From positions 9,610,001-9,674,000 of the forward strand of contig CATNEN010000025.1 in NCBI GenBank assembly GCA_950097015.1: a DNA stretch of 64,000 nucleotides, read 5' to 3'. Under the pieces are notes generated by a model. That model saw only the letters and a list, made by a program, of their open reading frames with translations, made no database searches and was not told the DNA's origin. Both the position numbers and the translations under genes were made by a program. Below, in pieces: positions 61,091 through 64,000 of this stretch; within the stretch, counting starts at the first letter, position 1, and each line of letters starts with the position of its first letter. Source of the DNA: Macrostomum hystrix. Taxonomy: Eukaryota > Animalia > Platyhelminthes.

Positions 61091-62505
61091 CTATATTCTG
61101 TCGAACATACGCATTCTGTCCATTAGATAAAATTCAATGCAGTTTTTGCATTATTAGCTATTAAAGTCTTGTCTACTTGGATTTGAATTTCTGTTACCAA
61201 GGCAGCATGAAAGCCGTTAGACAAGCTCAAGTGGCCAAGATAAATATTTCTATTAGCTACTCTAATCTTCGTCTTGGAATGATAGAAACAAGTATTTCTA
61301 TTTGGCCTCTACAACTTGTGTTTAGTTAGGCTCCAAAATGAAATTCCTATTTCTGGGCGCCCAATTACTAATCTATTGGGCCCCGCTTGGGGTTGTTGGC
61401 CCGGATGTGAGCTGAATTTTCGACCAATCAGAGGCGGCGTGAGGTGGGGGAGTGTTGGGGCTGGGTTCACACCAACCTTCTACTGTACTTTGCAGCTAAA
61501 GGAGCTAAGTGTGAGAGAGTGAGAGAAACTCTATTTTTAGCTCTAGTATTTAATTACACCCAAGCACGCCCAAACTCGTCCGAAACTGAAAAAAGACTGC
61601 AACAACATTGCCTGATAGTGTGCGGGCCTTTTGATCGAGAGACAGAGAGAGAAATATATATAGAGAGCGGGAGAGCTGCAGATAGAAGATTTAGTGAAAA
61701 TAAAAAAACACGCTATTAGAATGCCAATATAGTGCACTAAGTTAAGTTACTTTGCGAATTATAAGGCATATGGTGCCAATAAAGTACTCGTAAGTATTTT
61801 TTAGAAAAAAATTAACAAGTCTACCCGTGCAAACCTAGCTCGACCATCTTCTCTTTGATTCGTAACGAAATGCAATCGCTGGTCAGGTATTAAGGGAACG
61901 AAATACTAAATTTTATTTCTGAGCATGCGATTAATGCAAATGACGCCATATGTTCAACACGAATAACATTACAGTTACTGACTAACACGAGTAATCGCTT
62001 GATATTTTTTTCACCTAATTGTACACTTTTGAAAGCTGAAAATCAATTACTGTTGGAATCAAAAGTCAAATCAAAAGAATGAAACTCTCAGACAGAATTT
62101 TTATATGCAAATCATATTTTCCATTTGTTCTAAATATGCTCACCGCAATCAGTAAAAAGGGAATTTGACTTCAAACAAAAGTTAAGTTACCGTTAATTTT
62201 CGTCTAAAACACTGCATGCGCAGAAATGGCAAAGCCCCTGTTACATCCAAAAAGATGAATTTTCAGAACAGCTCTGTTTATATCGCATTTCGTCGAGTAA
62301 CTAGCTGTGCTGAGTTATGTGAAAAATACATGCGATCCTTAGATAGATGTATATATATCTGCGTTACTAGCAGTAGTAGCTATATAATGTAGTGTTATTG
62401 AGTTACTAATAAAAAAAAATATCTTTTTATAATTGATTACACCTGCCCCAATCGGGTCAGATGAGCAGCCAGCAGCACAGCCGAAACTATTGCCCAGTGC
62501 ATCTG

Positions 62506-62928
62506 AAGGCTACGTACGGCTGTTCAGTCCATGGACCGCGGGATGTCACACCCTAAATTACCAGCTGGTGAATAAAATCCGCCGCCAGGCTTACGAGCCG
62601 TGCCGTAGAACACTCGCAGCACACGGTTGACTTACTCCGGCTCAGCCGTCAGCAGATCAATTTTTAAGGACGGATTCGATTCCACTAAGGCCAACAGCCT
62701 TTTGACGTACTGATCCGTCTGTCGTATGGTATTGTTACTCGCGACACTGTCTTCTAGGTCGTTGATAGTTTTTTCGAGGTCTTCAACGCTGGGAACGCAG
62801 TACTCGGACAGCACAAACTCGCCATCTCCATTTGACGGTTGCTCGACCAGACGCTCGTCCATTTGCTTTTCCACAAACCGCTCCTCAGTTTGCTGTTGAA
62901 GGAGAATGTCAATCTGTGATGATGACAT
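62506..62928 (-). pseudogene. Crypton-like (DUF3504/ZMYM-KCTD1-related tyrosine recombinase) N-terminal remnant with a premature stop
   Basis: SNNTIRQTDQYVKRL...LLTAEPE*VNRVLRVFYGTARKPGGGFYSP reads through one TAA in frame; resembles the NTxKxT...ELxxxLxxFYxxARKxDGxxY pattern. Confidence 0.6.
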
Positions 62929-62999
62929 TCCAGAAATGGCTTCTCCTGGCAGTTACTTGTAGTCTACATAGTAGACACGCTTAGCCGGTGGCTCCATGG

Positions 63000-64000
63000 T
63001 CAAGTTGTAGATCGCGTGATTTTGAGTCTCAATAGGGTTGAGAAGATCTTGAGTTTGGAAGCTCTGGATGCAGAGGCAAAGGCAGATGCGGAAGCGTGCA
63101 TAGATTTACTCGAGAGTCGAGACCAAGCTAGAAGCTATGGAAGAGGCTGACGCATAAGTCCAGGAAAAGCTGGCCGAAGAAAAGATGGAAGTGGAACAGG
63201 AAGAGAGTTATGAATATTTCGTTGTCGCAAGTACATTAAACTCTTAGAAAGCAGGTTAGCGTCAACTTGGAAATCGCCTTTGCCGGATGCCCCTTCGCAA
63301 CCTGAGTATTGCACGCAAGCTCAAGCTCAGGCCCTTCCTCAGGTCAAACTTCCCAGCGTCAGCTGCCCACATACAACGGCACAATCGCCGGTTGGCAGCC
63401 CTTTTGGGATCAATTCTCTTCTTCTGTCGATTCAAATTCGGCTCTCGCTGAGGTTGACAAGTTCAACTATCTGCTCGCATCTCTTTCCGAATCAGCAAAG
63501 ACTTGCATTCGAGGCATCATTAGAGACATCATGAACCAACTTTCTGAACTTCGGCTGACAGACACTTCTCTGACCAGTCTTCAACGATTTCATGATGATG
63601 TCTCGGCTGCGGTTCGCAGCCTTGAACCTCGAGGCATGAAAACCACCTCGTATGAAAGTCTATTGCTGCTGAAATTACTCAAGCGGTGTCCAGATGAGTT
63701 TAGACTGGAGTTTCTTAAGTCAGCAAACCAGGAAGGTGCTGCTTGTAATTCTGTGAAATAGTTCTTGCGTCTTCCGAGTGCAGACATTGAGGTTGGCACG
63801 CTACCGCATTGGCAAAAAGGTCGTATACAAGATCGTGAACGGCTTGTCAGTCTGCCAAAGCCTTCGCTTTCGACCTTGGCAGTCCAATCTTGAAACGATT
63901 TCTAGAAAGGGCCTGCGGGCAAGGTGTACTGCACCTACTGTGGATTAGGGCACAGGTCAGAAGCGTGCAACAAGGTTGCCACGGCTACTAGCCGCCGGAC
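63000..64000 (+). mobile_element. BEL/Pao LTR retrotransposon gag remnant (frameshifted), runs off the right edge
   Basis: QVKLPSV / QLPTYNGTIAGWQPFWDQFSSSVDSNSALAEVDKFNYL (DUF1759-type); zinc knuckle CTYCGLGHRSEAC near 63927-63970. Confidence 0.85.

Overview
Eukaryotic (animal) genomic DNA. It looks like a repeat-rich invertebrate, possibly a flatworm; that taxonomic call is inference. The left third holds four conserved host genes in two divergent pairs. On the minus strand are an intronless USP4/11/15-type deubiquitinase and the first three exons of a PNPLA6/7 (NTE/swiss cheese) gene that runs off the left edge. On the plus strand are NAA10 (2 exons) and cytochrome c1 (3 exons). Introns and intergenic DNA are packed with minisatellites, tRNA-derived SINEs, two Merlin-type non-autonomous elements (one with a perfect 8-bp TSD) and a decayed mariner with long TIRs. 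The most striking block is 32.2-38.5 kb. An apparently intact, spliced KDZ (Kyakuja-Dileera-Zisupton) transposase gene is followed by the array R1 - zinc-finger/SET-domain gene - R2 - diverged zinc-finger paralogue - R3. The R units are near-identical 450-680 bp non-coding direct repeats, while the proteins they bracket are only distantly related. The right part holds a 91-bp array, a 140/142-bp satellite with an 8-monomer higher-order repeat, hAT, Crypton-like and BEL/Pao remnants, and an orphan 373-codon ORF. All family assignments come from motifs recognised by eye; no database searches were run.
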